Of a stretch of 64,000 nt of DNA, positions 55,971-64,000 are shown piece after piece. Location: contig JAAXHG010000117.1 of the NCBI GenBank assembly GCA_012270995.1, positions 5,636-69,635 on the forward strand, in the 5' to 3' direction. The position numbers and the translations under genes were made by a program. Position 1 is the stretch's first letter. Each line of letters opens with the position of its first letter. Origin of the DNA: Vicinamibacteraceae bacterium (GTDB taxonomy: Bacteria > Acidobacteriota > Thermoanaerobaculia > Multivoradales > Multivoraceae). A model generated the notes under the pieces. That model worked only from the letters and a program-made list of their open reading frames with translations, ran no database searches and was not told the origin of the DNA.

Positions 55971-57374
55971 TTACTCGCCGCCGCTGACCGTGCCTTCGCC
56001 GCCGTCGCGACGCTGCTCCCGGCGCATGCGGCGGAACAACTGACCCCGCTCCTCTTCGCTCAGCGAATCCCAGTCGACCCCGAAGCGCTCCTCGATGCGC
56101 TTCTCGAAGTCCTCTTGACTGGATCCCTGCTGACTGAGGAAGCCGGTGTTGGAGGGGTCGTAGCCGGGCTCGGCATCGGCGAAAGCGACGAAGCCGAACA
56201 TCATCTCGGCCGTCGTCGGGCCGCCGTAGACGACGGTCGCGGTCGGATCGGGATTCGCCGGGTTGTCCGCCGAGTTGTCCCAGGCCATCGTCAGCTCGAC
56301 CTCGGTGCCCGCCGGGATCCTCTTGCCGCCCACCGGGTACTTGTAGTGGGTCTGCCAGTCGAAGTCGTATCGGGGCACGTCGAGCAGAACCTCCTCGGTG
56401 CCGTCCGGGTACTTCGCCACGTAGCGGGCCGACTTGCCGCGCAGGTGCATGTGCGGCGTGTAGCCGAGCAGGAGGGAGTCACGATCGAACTTCGCCGTCG
56501 TCGTGGCGACGTAGTTCGGGTCTCCGGGCGGAATCTCGAAGTCGAACTTGGCCATCGACTTGGTCTGCATCACGTAGTCCGGCCTGTAGTCCTTGGGATA
56601 GAACCGGAGCGCCACCGAGGAACGATCCCAGCTACCGGTGCCTGGTCCCGGCTCCTTGTGGTAGTGCATGTTCCATCGGATCGTGGCGCCCGGCTTGACC
56701 AGGGTGCCGAAGCCGTCGTGATAAACCGTCGGGTCATTGCCCGGAGCGATGCCGCCGAAGGGACGCGCGATGATGTGATGGACCGCCGGGCTGCCGGGAC
56801 GGAACTCGACCGCCTTGATCCAGCGCGGCTCGGGCAGCATCTCCTTCGTGATCACGGTCTCGAAGTCGACGTACTGATCCTCAACGTCATCCTCGACGAA
56901 GAAGTCCTGTCCCATGTCCATGATCAGATCCGGCTCGCCGATCGTCCAGCCGTCGGAACGCTTCCACACCTTGGCCGGCGGCGCGTCGGCCGCGTTGCCC
57001 ATCGGCGCCCCGCCCTTGGCCCAGGCGATCAGCGTGGCCTTCTGCTCCTCGGTCAGCGAGCGCTCGTTCACGAACGTACCGGCATGCCGCGGCGCTGCAT
57101 GCCACGGCGGCATCAGGCCGGACTCGACCTGACGGGCGATCGAGCGCGCCCAGGGCCGCGTCTCCTTGTAGCTGGTGAACGCCATCGGCGCCACCATGCC
57201 GCCCAGGTTCGCGCCGTTCGGGCGGTGGCAGACCTGGCACTCCTGCTCCAGGATCGACTGCACGTCGCCGTAGTAGGTCGGCGTGGCCTGGGCATCGTTG
57301 TTGTTGTTGTTGTTCGCGGCCGCAAGCGGAGCGGCCAGCGCGAGGATCAGGAGCAAAACGAGCGCCTGCTTCAT
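55971..57374 (-). CDS. secreted c-type cytochrome fused to a PHM/DBH-like copper monooxygenase-fold domain
   Basis: Start ATG 57374 (MKQALVLLLILALAAPLAAA). CQVCH haem motif, ..RPWARSIARQVESGLMPPWHA.. His clusters AVHHII, WNMHYH and TPHMHLRG. The track ORF extends to 57455. Confidence 0.7.
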   Translation of the reverse strand: MKQALVLLLILALAAPLAAANNNNNNDAQATPTYYGDVQSILEQECQVCHRPNGANLGGMVAPMAFTSYKETRPWARSIARQVESGLMPPWHAAPRHAGTFVNERSLTEEQKATLIAWAKGGAPMGNAADAPPAKVWKRSDGWTIGEPDLIMDMGQDFFVEDDVEDQYVDFETVITKEMLPEPRWIKAVEFRPGSPAVHHIIARPFGGIAPGNDPTVYHDGFGTLVKPGATIRWNMHYHKEPGPGTGSWDRSSVALRFYPKDYRPDYVMQTKSMAKFDFEIPPGDPNYVATTTAKFDRDSLLLGYTPHMHLRGKSARYVAKYPDGTEEVLLDVPRYDFDWQTHYKYPVGGKRIPAGTEVELTMAWDNSADNPANPDPTATVVYGGPTTAEMMFGFVAFADAEPGYDPSNTGFLSQQGSSQEDFEKRIEERFGVDWDSLSEEERGQLFRRMRREQRRDGGEGTVSGGE

Positions 57375-57477
57375 GGATAGGGTCTCCTCGGGTCGGGTTC
57401 GGTTGAATACCAGCTGCCGCACCGTACCACAGGTCGCCGCGAGCGCCGCGTTCAAACCCCGGGCGGTCCCGAGAAGA

Positions 57478-58377
57478 TCAAGGTGCCCGGCCCGCGTCCA
57501 GGTCGGCGTGCAGGGCGCCGACGAGCGTGGCCACTTCGGTACGGGTCAGCTTCGACCCCGGACCCCGCTCCTCGACTCGGGCCAGCGTGGCCCAGGCGAG
57601 GCGAACGGGAAGCGCGGTGAACCCCAGGTAGCCGCGAGGCGCGCCGGCCCGCTGCAGGTGAGCCACGTACTCTCCCGCCACTTCGAGGTCCGCGCGGGCC
57701 AGATCGAAAGCGAGCGTTCGGTCGCGGCCGTCTCGAATGAACGACCTGCCCTCATCTTCGTCCGTCGCCGCATCCTTGAGGATGTTCACGAGTTGCAGCG
57801 CCTCGCCGAACGTCGCCGCGCGGCGCCGGAGCGCTTCCGCGACTTCTTCCAGCGGCGCGCCGAGCAGGAACAGCTCGGTCAGCATCTCGCCGACGATGCC
57901 GGCAACGACGTAGCAGTAGTCCCGGAGTTCGGGGATGCCCTCGAGGCGGAGTTCGCCGCCCCGATCGGCGCGCCGCACGATGTGGGCCATGCCCACGGAG
58001 GTGCGGCGAACGTGACGACCGACCACCGCCCGGGCCGGCGGATCGAGAGCGCGATACGCCGCAAGGACCTCGTCCGTCGCCTCGAGCAGCTCCAGGTAGC
58101 CTTCGTGAGGCGAAGGCGGCTCGGCGAGCCAGGACGCGACCAGATCTCCCGGCGCGGCGCCTGCCGCCTCGTCCGTGTCGGCCAGGAGGTCGGCGAACCG
58201 GAACAGCGCCTCGACGCGCTGCTCCCGGCTCCAGACCGCCGCGTCCTCGAGCGTGTCGGCGATCCGCAGCAACAGGTAGCCGAGGGTCACCCGGTCCCGC
58301 GTCGCACCCTCGAGTTGGGGAATCGAAAGCGCGAACGTTCTGCTCGTCTTGACCAGAAGATCTTCGAGGTCTGCCAT
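57478..58377 (-). CDS. squalene/phytoene synthase family protein
   Basis: Start ATG 58377, MADLEDLLVKTSRTFALSI.., Asp-rich motifs RIADTLED and NILKDAATDEDEG. The track ORF is over-extended to 59733. Confidence 0.8.
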   Translation of the reverse strand: MADLEDLLVKTSRTFALSIPQLEGATRDRVTLGYLLLRIADTLEDAAVWSREQRVEALFRFADLLADTDEAAGAAPGDLVASWLAEPPSPHEGYLELLEATDEVLAAYRALDPPARAVVGRHVRRTSVGMAHIVRRADRGGELRLEGIPELRDYCYVVAGIVGEMLTELFLLGAPLEEVAEALRRRAATFGEALQLVNILKDAATDEDEGRSFIRDGRDRTLAFDLARADLEVAGEYVAHLQRAGAPRGYLGFTALPVRLAWATLARVEERGPGSKLTRTEVATLVGALHADLDAGRAP

Positions 58378-58482
58378 CGGCGGGCGCACGAGTCTACCGG
58401 CGCCGCGGGCAGGATGCCCGGTCGCGGACGCGTGGTATCGTCGCTCCTGTTTCCCGCCAGCGGAGTCACGCCCGAGCGCCTC

Positions 58483-60006
58483 ATGAAGTCCAACGCGATT
58501 GCCCCGCTCTCGCTGGTACCCGCTGCGCTTCTGTTCCTCGGCTGCTCCCTGGCGCCGCCGCCGGAACTGCCCGATCCGGCGCCGGAAATGCCGTCGGACT
58601 TCGAGGGAACCCCCGCGGCAGCAGCGGGCGCCCATGAGCCGCTGCAGTGGTGGAAGGCGTTTGCCGATCCGGCGCTCGACCGGATCGTCGACTCCGTGCT
58701 GGATTCGAATCTGGACATGGCTGCCGCGGTCGCCCGCGTGGGGCAGGCACGGGAACGAGCCCGGATCGCCAGGGCCGCGATCCGGCCGGTCGCCCAGGCC
58801 GGCGCGGGGATCAACGACCTGACGAACCCCACCAACGCGGGCTTCGGCGCCCAGATTCAGGAACTCGGACTGGAACGGCTCGCCCCCGGCTTCACCCTGC
58901 CGGAGCGGCTCGCGATCACGACCTGGTCCCTGAGCGCCGACTTCTCCTACGAGATGGACTTCTGGGGACGCGCCCGCAGCTCCGCCCTCGCCGCAGGCGC
59001 CGAGTACCTCGCCTCGGAGTCCGACTACCAGACCGCGAGGATCGGGATCCTCGCGGAGACGATCGGAACCTACTTCGAGATCGTCGACTTTCGCCGGCGA
59101 ATCGCGATCGGCCGACAGATGGTCGACGTTCTCATGGAGCGCGAAGACGTCGCCTCCACCCGCTACGACCGCGGTCTCGCCGACTCCTCGCCCCTCTATC
59201 GGATACGACAGGACCTGCGGAACACCCAGGCCATCCAGCCCCAGCTCGAGAACGGACTGGCGAGCGCGGAGGGGCGTCTCGCCGTCCTCCTGGGCGGTTA
59301 CCGGGACGATCTGGCCGAACTGCTGCCCGAGGCGCTGGCGCCCGAGACCGCGGCCGATCCCGTTCCTCCGGGGATCCCGGCCGACCTGCTCATGCAGAGG
59401 CCGGACGTAAGGGCGGCGAGACACCGGCTCGAAGCGGCCCGTTTCCAGGTCGACGCCCGCCGCGCCGAGCTTCTTCCGACCCTCTCGTTCTCCGGCTCGA
59501 TCGGGCTCCAGAGTTCCAAGGTCGACAGCCTGTTCAAGGTGGACCAGTGGTTCACCAACTTGGCGTCCAACCTGCTCGCACCGGTCTTTCAGGGCGGCCG
59601 GCTGCGCGGCAACGTGGCGCTGGCGGAAGCCCGGTTCGGCGAACTCGCGGCCACCTGGGGCCGCACCGTCGTGACCGCCGTCAACGAGGTCGAAACCGCA
59701 CTGGCCGTGCATGGGAACGAAGGTCGGCGCCATGCCCTGCTCGCCTCCCGCCTGGAAGAGGCCCGGTCGACGGAGAAACTGCGCTCACAGAGGTACGAGG
59801 CGGGCATCGGGGGCTACGCCGACTTCCTCGACGCGCTGCTCACCCGCCTGAACGTCGAGTCCGCCCTGGCCGGAGCCGAGCGCGATCTGGCGCTCTCCCG
59901 GCTGACCGTCCACCGCGCCTTGGGAGGCGCCTGGACGCCCGGGGATTCGGCAGGCGAAGCGCTGGCGGCCCAGGCGCCGCCGCAACCGGCGCCACAAACG
60001 GAGTAG
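58483..60006 (+). CDS. efflux outer-membrane factor lipoprotein (NodT family)
   Basis: ATG 58483, MKSNAIAPLSLVPAALLFLGC (lipobox), then ..LQWWKAFADPALDRIVDSVLDSNLDMAAAVARV.. Confidence 0.85.
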   Translation: MKSNAIAPLSLVPAALLFLGCSLAPPPELPDPAPEMPSDFEGTPAAAAGAHEPLQWWKAFADPALDRIVDSVLDSNLDMAAAVARVGQARERARIARAAIRPVAQAGAGINDLTNPTNAGFGAQIQELGLERLAPGFTLPERLAITTWSLSADFSYEMDFWGRARSSALAAGAEYLASESDYQTARIGILAETIGTYFEIVDFRRRIAIGRQMVDVLMEREDVASTRYDRGLADSSPLYRIRQDLRNTQAIQPQLENGLASAEGRLAVLLGGYRDDLAELLPEALAPETAADPVPPGIPADLLMQRPDVRAARHRLEAARFQVDARRAELLPTLSFSGSIGLQSSKVDSLFKVDQWFTNLASNLLAPVFQGGRLRGNVALAEARFGELAATWGRTVVTAVNEVETALAVHGNEGRRHALLASRLEEARSTEKLRSQRYEAGIGGYADFLDALLTRLNVESALAGAERDLALSRLTVHRALGGAWTPGDSAGEALAAQAPPQPAPQTE

Positions 60007-60014
60007 GACCGGCT

Positions 60015-61244
60015 ATGAGTCGACTAACCGGGTTTCTCGTTGCCAGCGCGATACTGGTCGGGGCCACCGGTCTCTCCGTGTTCATGGTCTCCCAGCGGCC
60101 CGAACCGGAACGCGTACCTCCACCCTCGCAGATTCCTTTCGTGATCACCGCCCCGGCGCAGGCCGGCGAGGGCGCGATCCCCGTGTTCGGGGCCGGCACG
60201 GTGCGGCCGCGGGCGGAGATCGACATCGCCGCCGAGGTGAGCGGCAAGGTGGTCTGGGTCGATCCCGCGTTCCAGAGCGGCGGGCGGGTGCGCGAGGGGC
60301 AGGTGCTCTTCCGCATTGACGACGTCGACTACCGGAGTGCGGTTGAGAAGGCGCGAGCCAACGTCGCGCTCCAGAGAGTCGAAGCCCTCAAGGCAAGGGA
60401 AGAGGCGCAGGTCGCGCGCAAGCAGTACGAGCAGTTCAAGCAACGCCAGGCGGAAAGCGGCGGTGCTTCCGAAGCGAGTCCGCTCGCGCTCTGGCAGCCT
60501 CAACTCGAAGCCGCCGAAGCCGCCCTGGCCCGGGACGGCGCCACCCTCGCCGAGACCGAGCTGAACCTGGCGCGAACATCCGTCAAGGCGCCCTTCTCCG
60601 GCGTCGTGCGATCCGAGTCGGTCGACGTGGGGCAGTTCGTGGCCGCGGGCCGGGGAGTGGCGCGGCTCTACGCGTCCGACGCCGTCGAAGTCGTCGTGCC
60701 GCTATCCGACCGGGAAGCGGCGCTCGTTCCCGGCCTGTGGGATCTGCGGGCCGGCGACGGCAATCGGGAAGTGGCGGTTCTCGTCGTGGCGGACTACGGC
60801 GGCCAGCGCTACGGCTGGGACGGATACGTTGACCGGGTCGAAGGCGCGCTGGACGAGCAGACCCGCACCCTCGACCTGATCGTGCGGGTTCCGGCGCCCT
60901 ACGGCAGCGGCGCACCGAAGGCCGGCGATCGCGAAGACGGCGACGCGGACCCCGGCGCCGGCGGACCGCCGCTGCTGGTCGGCAAGTTCGTCGACGTGGA
61001 ACTCGAGGGCATCGCGCCGGACGCCTGGTTCAGGATCAGGCGGCCGGCGCTCAGGCCCGACAACGAAGTCTGGGTGGTGCGCGACGACAGGGTGACGATC
61101 GTGCCGGTCACGGTCCTGCAGCGTGCCGACGACGAGGTGTACGTCACCGGCGCTCTTGAGCCCGGCGATGCCGCCGTCGTCGGCGGGCTCCAGGTCGGCA
61201 CGGACGGGATGGAGGTCCGGACGGCAAGCGCGCAGCCGGAGTGA
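60015..61244 (+). CDS. efflux periplasmic adaptor (membrane fusion protein, HlyD/AcrA-like)
   Basis: ATG 60015, an N-terminal TM helix, then ..AEVSGKVVWVDPAFQSGGRVREGQVLFRIDDVDYRSAVEKARANV.. and a coiled-coil hairpin. Confidence 0.85.
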   Translation: MSRLTGFLVASAILVGATGLSVFMVSQRPEPERVPPPSQIPFVITAPAQAGEGAIPVFGAGTVRPRAEIDIAAEVSGKVVWVDPAFQSGGRVREGQVLFRIDDVDYRSAVEKARANVALQRVEALKAREEAQVARKQYEQFKQRQAESGGASEASPLALWQPQLEAAEAALARDGATLAETELNLARTSVKAPFSGVVRSESVDVGQFVAAGRGVARLYASDAVEVVVPLSDREAALVPGLWDLRAGDGNREVAVLVVADYGGQRYGWDGYVDRVEGALDEQTRTLDLIVRVPAPYGSGAPKAGDREDGDADPGAGGPPLLVGKFVDVELEGIAPDAWFRIRRPALRPDNEVWVVRDDRVTIVPVTVLQRADDEVYVTGALEPGDAAVVGGLQVGTDGMEVRTASAQPE

Positions 61245-61262
61245 CAACCAGGCACGTCCGGT

Positions 61263-62420
61263 TCACGACGACGCCTGCCTCGGCGCGATGTACTCCAGGT
61301 AGTTCCCCGGATGCACCACGCTGAACGAGCTTCCCGGGTAGCTTCTGGACCACGCCCGAGGCGCGCGGGCGCGGGACTTCGCCGACCACTTGATCTCGAT
61401 GCCGTGCAGTCGCCCGCCGTATTCCTCCACCAGATCGATCTCCTGGCGGTCGTATGTCCGCCAGAAGTAGCTGGCCGCCAGACGTCCGGTGTAGAGGTTG
61501 TACTTGAGGCGCTCCACCTGAATGTAGTTCTCCCACAGGGCGCCTAGGTCGTCGCGCAGCGCAAGGGGACTGAAGTTGCTGATCACGGCGTTGCGGATGC
61601 CGTTGTCATGGAAGTAGTAGCGGCGGCTCCTGGCCACTTCCTTGCGCTGGTTGCGGCTGAACCCCAACCGGCTGAAGATCACGAACGTCTTCTCCAGGAG
61701 ATCGAGATAGCGCTGGACCGTGTTCTTGCCCAGGCCGACCTTGCCGCCGAGTTCGGCGACCGAAACGTCGCGACCGATCTGGAAGGCGAGCAGTTGCAGG
61801 AGGCGGAGCAGCTTGTCGGGATGGCGGATCCCTTCGAGTGCGAGGATGTCCTTGAAGAGGTAGGCGCCGGCGAGCTCCTTCAGATACGACTCCCGGTCCT
61901 CATTGCCGGCGGCGAGGACGACTTCCGGGTAGGCGCCGTGGATGAGCCTCGAGTCGAGGCGGGCCCGGGTCTCGTGCGCCGCCTCGATTCGGTCGAGTTC
62001 GAGCTGGGCGAGCGGCAACAGCAGGAGCGTGACCTTCCGCCCCGTCAGCGGCTCGCCGGTCTGCTGGGCCAGTTCGAACGAGGACGAACCCGTGGCGACC
62101 ACCCGCAGTCCCTCGACATGGTCGACCAGCAGCTTCAGGTTCAGTCCGATCCGGGGTACATGCTGCGCCTCGTCGACGACGAGCGTGCGGCACCTGCCGA
62201 CCAGGGTCCGGAGCGTCTCGACCGACTCGCTGGCCAGGAACTCGCGGGCGTTGATGTCCTCGCCGGACACGACCAGGGCGTCGGGGGCGTCTTCGCGCAC
62301 GAAGCGCTGGATCAGCGTTGTCTTGCCGACCTGCCGCGGGCCGTAGAGCACGACGACCTTGTTCGGGGCGAGAGCGCCCTTGAGGTTCTCCAGTTGTGCC
62401 TGAGGGACGTATCCGGACAT
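61263..62420 (-). CDS. AAA+ ATPase with DUF4143 domain (AAA_14 / COG1373-like), second copy of this architecture
   Basis: Walker A YGPRQVGKTT, Walker B VVDEAQ, ATGSSS, and a C-terminal D..E-x-K-like QEIDLVEEYGGRLHGIEIKW. Start is ATG 62420, with TTG at 62423. Confidence 0.85.
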   Translation of the reverse strand: MSGYVPQAQLENLKGALAPNKVVVLYGPRQVGKTTLIQRFVREDAPDALVVSGEDINAREFLASESVETLRTLVGRCRTLVVDEAQHVPRIGLNLKLLVDHVEGLRVVATGSSSFELAQQTGEPLTGRKVTLLLLPLAQLELDRIEAAHETRARLDSRLIHGAYPEVVLAAGNEDRESYLKELAGAYLFKDILALEGIRHPDKLLRLLQLLAFQIGRDVSVAELGGKVGLGKNTVQRYLDLLEKTFVIFSRLGFSRNQRKEVARSRRYYFHDNGIRNAVISNFSPLALRDDLGALWENYIQVERLKYNLYTGRLAASYFWRTYDRQEIDLVEEYGGRLHGIEIKWSAKSRARAPRAWSRSYPGSSFSVVHPGNYLEYIAPRQASS

Positions 62421-62429
62421 CAACGGACC

Positions 62430-62457
62430 ATATTACTGGTAATTCAGTCTGTTGCAA
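62430..62457 (-). promoter_or_regulatory. candidate sigma70-type promoter (TTGCAA-N16-TAATAT) for the ATPase gene
   Basis: Sits in an AT-rich 104-bp spacer. The -10 box ends about 9 nt before the start codon, which implies a leaderless or very short-leader mRNA. Confidence 0.3.
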
Positions 62458-62527
62458 AGACGAAAAGCATGTTGATTCCGTCTGTTCCGTTACTTCGGCG
62501 TCGATGCCGGCGGCGCCGCTCGAGGGC

Positions 62528-63553
62528 CTACGTCGGCTGCCGCCGATAACGCATCTTCCTGTACTCCTTCACCCAGCGACGGGAGCTGCGCCACCGGCCA
62601 TCGGGGTCGCGGACCGCTCTGAGCCTCCCGCGAATCGCGGCGACTCGAAGCGCGGATGCCCGCAGGTCGCCGGTCGCCAGCGCCGCCAGGGGCACGAGCC
62701 GCGCTGAACCCGCCGCCGCCGGGATGACGTTGCGATACAGGTTGTCCAGGATTGCGCGGACCAGCAACTCGCCCAACGGCCCGAACTCGCCGGCGTCGGC
62801 GCGGCGAAGGGCCGCCAGGTACTTGGCGCGATCCCGCTTGTAAACGATGGCCGGCGGATAGCCCAGGCGAACGAGCAACAGGTTCAGGAGCAGCCGCCCC
62901 GCGCGGCCGTTGCCGTCGAGGAAGGGATGAATCTGTTCGAACCGGCAATGAAGCTCCGCCAGGGCTTCCGGAAAGGCGGGAAGCTCCGGATCCAGCAGAT
63001 TCGCCCGGCCGATCCAGGTCTCGATCTCGGCGGGTACGAGCGGCCACGTCACGGGGATCATGCCGCCGGGAAACGGCCGGATCTCGTGTTCGCGGAATGA
63101 CCCCGGCGCCTCCCGCTCGGAGGCATCGGGATGCGGCGCCACCTCCCAGACGGGCGCCATCGCCATGTGATGAACCCGTCGCACTTCGGCAAGCGTCAGG
63201 AGAACGTCCGGCCGGCCGCGCCCATACGAACCGACCGACCGCCCGTAGACCCACTCAGCCGCCGCGGCGTAGCCCTGCACCTCTAGGTACTCCCGGAGTT
63301 TCTTGCCGCCGACCGCCCGGCCCTCGGCGAGCAGTTGCTCCACCTGCTTCAACAAAAGAGTGTTCCCCTCGATCGCCGTCGAGTGATGGGCTTCCTCGTA
63401 CAGGATGCCGCGCCAGGTTCCGACCGCCTCGGCGGCCGTCGGCAGGCCGCCCAGCCGTCCCCGCAACTCGGCGACATCGGAGCGCAGGCGACGATACAAC
63501 TCGCTGCGAGACGGTCTCCCGCGGCGCTCGGCCGGCTGAAAGTGTTCGATCAT
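62528..63553 (-). CDS. Fic-family protein (class II, with N-terminal inhibitory motif)
   Basis: Fic motif HPFLDGNGRAGRLL. The inhibitory (S/T)xxxE(G/N) motif is present as STAIEGN. Confidence 0.9.
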   Translation of the reverse strand: MIEHFQPAERRGRPSRSELYRRLRSDVAELRGRLGGLPTAAEAVGTWRGILYEEAHHSTAIEGNTLLLKQVEQLLAEGRAVGGKKLREYLEVQGYAAAAEWVYGRSVGSYGRGRPDVLLTLAEVRRVHHMAMAPVWEVAPHPDASEREAPGSFREHEIRPFPGGMIPVTWPLVPAEIETWIGRANLLDPELPAFPEALAELHCRFEQIHPFLDGNGRAGRLLLNLLLVRLGYPPAIVYKRDRAKYLAALRRADAGEFGPLGELLVRAILDNLYRNVIPAAAGSARLVPLAALATGDLRASALRVAAIRGRLRAVRDPDGRWRSSRRWVKEYRKMRYRRQPT

Positions 63554-63564
63554 GCCAAGTCAAA

Positions 63565-63577
63565 CTGTACCGTACAG
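63565..63577. promoter_or_regulatory. palindrome CTGTAC-c-GTACAG directly upstream of fic
   Basis: Perfect 6-bp arms, 12 nt upstream of the fic ATG. Confidence 0.25.
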
Positions 63578-63868
63578 ATTACCGCTGCCGCCGGCGCCCC
63601 CAACGGCCGACCCACTCTTGTTTATGGGGGCAGGCGTTTCGGCTACATCGTCGTGCCGGTTCCCATCGAACACGGCGGCGACATCGCCTCCGCCAGACGA
63701 TGATCGGTGGTGTCCGTCTGATTGGAACGCGGAGAGCACTCGACGAGAGCACCCCGTGCTTCGCCCCCGTACCCGACGACGTGACAGTATTGGGTGGCGA
63801 CGAGGTCGCCTGAGACCACCGAGAACCGCCCGCTACTTACACGTCGCGAGTTGCCGAGGACATGGAAC

Positions 63869-64000
63869 ATGACGAGCTCAAGAGTGGCCGACTTGACGGT
63901 AAGCGAATTCAGGGAACTCTGCCGGGATACGTTCGCGCAGGTCGTGGAGGAGGTTCTGGATGATCCGGATCGCGGTCTGGCACTGAATGACGAGGTTGCG
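63869..64000 (+). CDS. small ORF, truncated by the window end (function unknown, antitoxin-like N-terminus)
   Basis: MTSSRVADLTVSEFRELCRDTFAQVVEEVLDDPDRGLALNDEVA.. is open to the window edge. High third-position GC. Confidence 0.3.
   Translation, partial: MTSSRVADLTVSEFRELCRDTFAQVVEEVLDDPDRGLALNDEVA

Noticed and set aside
1-64000. Scan for CRISPR arrays, tRNA, rRNA and intact prophage or integrase genes.
   Set aside because: No regularly spaced direct repeats, no cloverleaf-like segments in the intergenic regions I read, and no rRNA-like stretches. The only transposase-like sequence is the truncated remnant at 35333-35810.

Overview
This is a high-GC (about 68-70% by eye) chromosomal segment of Gram-negative type, shown by TonB-dependent receptor, NodT-type outer-membrane factor and recBCD genes. 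I found no rRNA, tRNA or CRISPR array. Housekeeping blocks are a leucine-catabolism-type cluster (crotonase, acyl-CoA carboxylase alpha and beta, acyl-CoA ligase; 1-5948), a dimethylglycine-dehydrogenase-like gene (24609-27092), a cobalamin-riboswitch-controlled TonB receptor (44101-46212), recC-recB-recD (46379-55645), a cytochrome c / copper-monooxygenase-like gene, a squalene/phytoene-synthase-like gene, and an efflux OMF-MFP pair (58483-61244). These blocks are interleaved with very dense accessory content. That content includes a type II MTase-REase pair followed by a pRiA4b-ORF3-family gene, plus a scrambled partial second copy. It also includes a type III-like unit ordered HTH-res-PIN-mod, four intact PIN toxins with different antitoxin arrangements, and decayed TA fragments, one of them fused to an acetyltransferase gene. 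Orphan HigA-like and HicB-like genes, a frameshifted DUF4160 gene, two AAA_14/DUF4143 ATPases, a class II Fic protein and an IS/conjugation remnant (34.1-36.2 kb) are also present. There are two glycan loci, one of which is a GDP-heptose-derivative operon with a fused HddC-GmhB. The most interesting candidates are the res-PIN-mod unit, the MTase-REase-pRiA4b unit with flanking direct and inverted repeats, a 57-bp palindrome inside a methyltransferase coding region, and a signal-peptide ORF with an in-frame TGA giving a U-x-x-C motif. All calls rest on manual reading of the ORF track, motifs I recognise and manual translation. No database search was run, so family names are recollections and start codons are approximate. 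Because of the GC content the track is full of long antisense ORFs, which I rejected.
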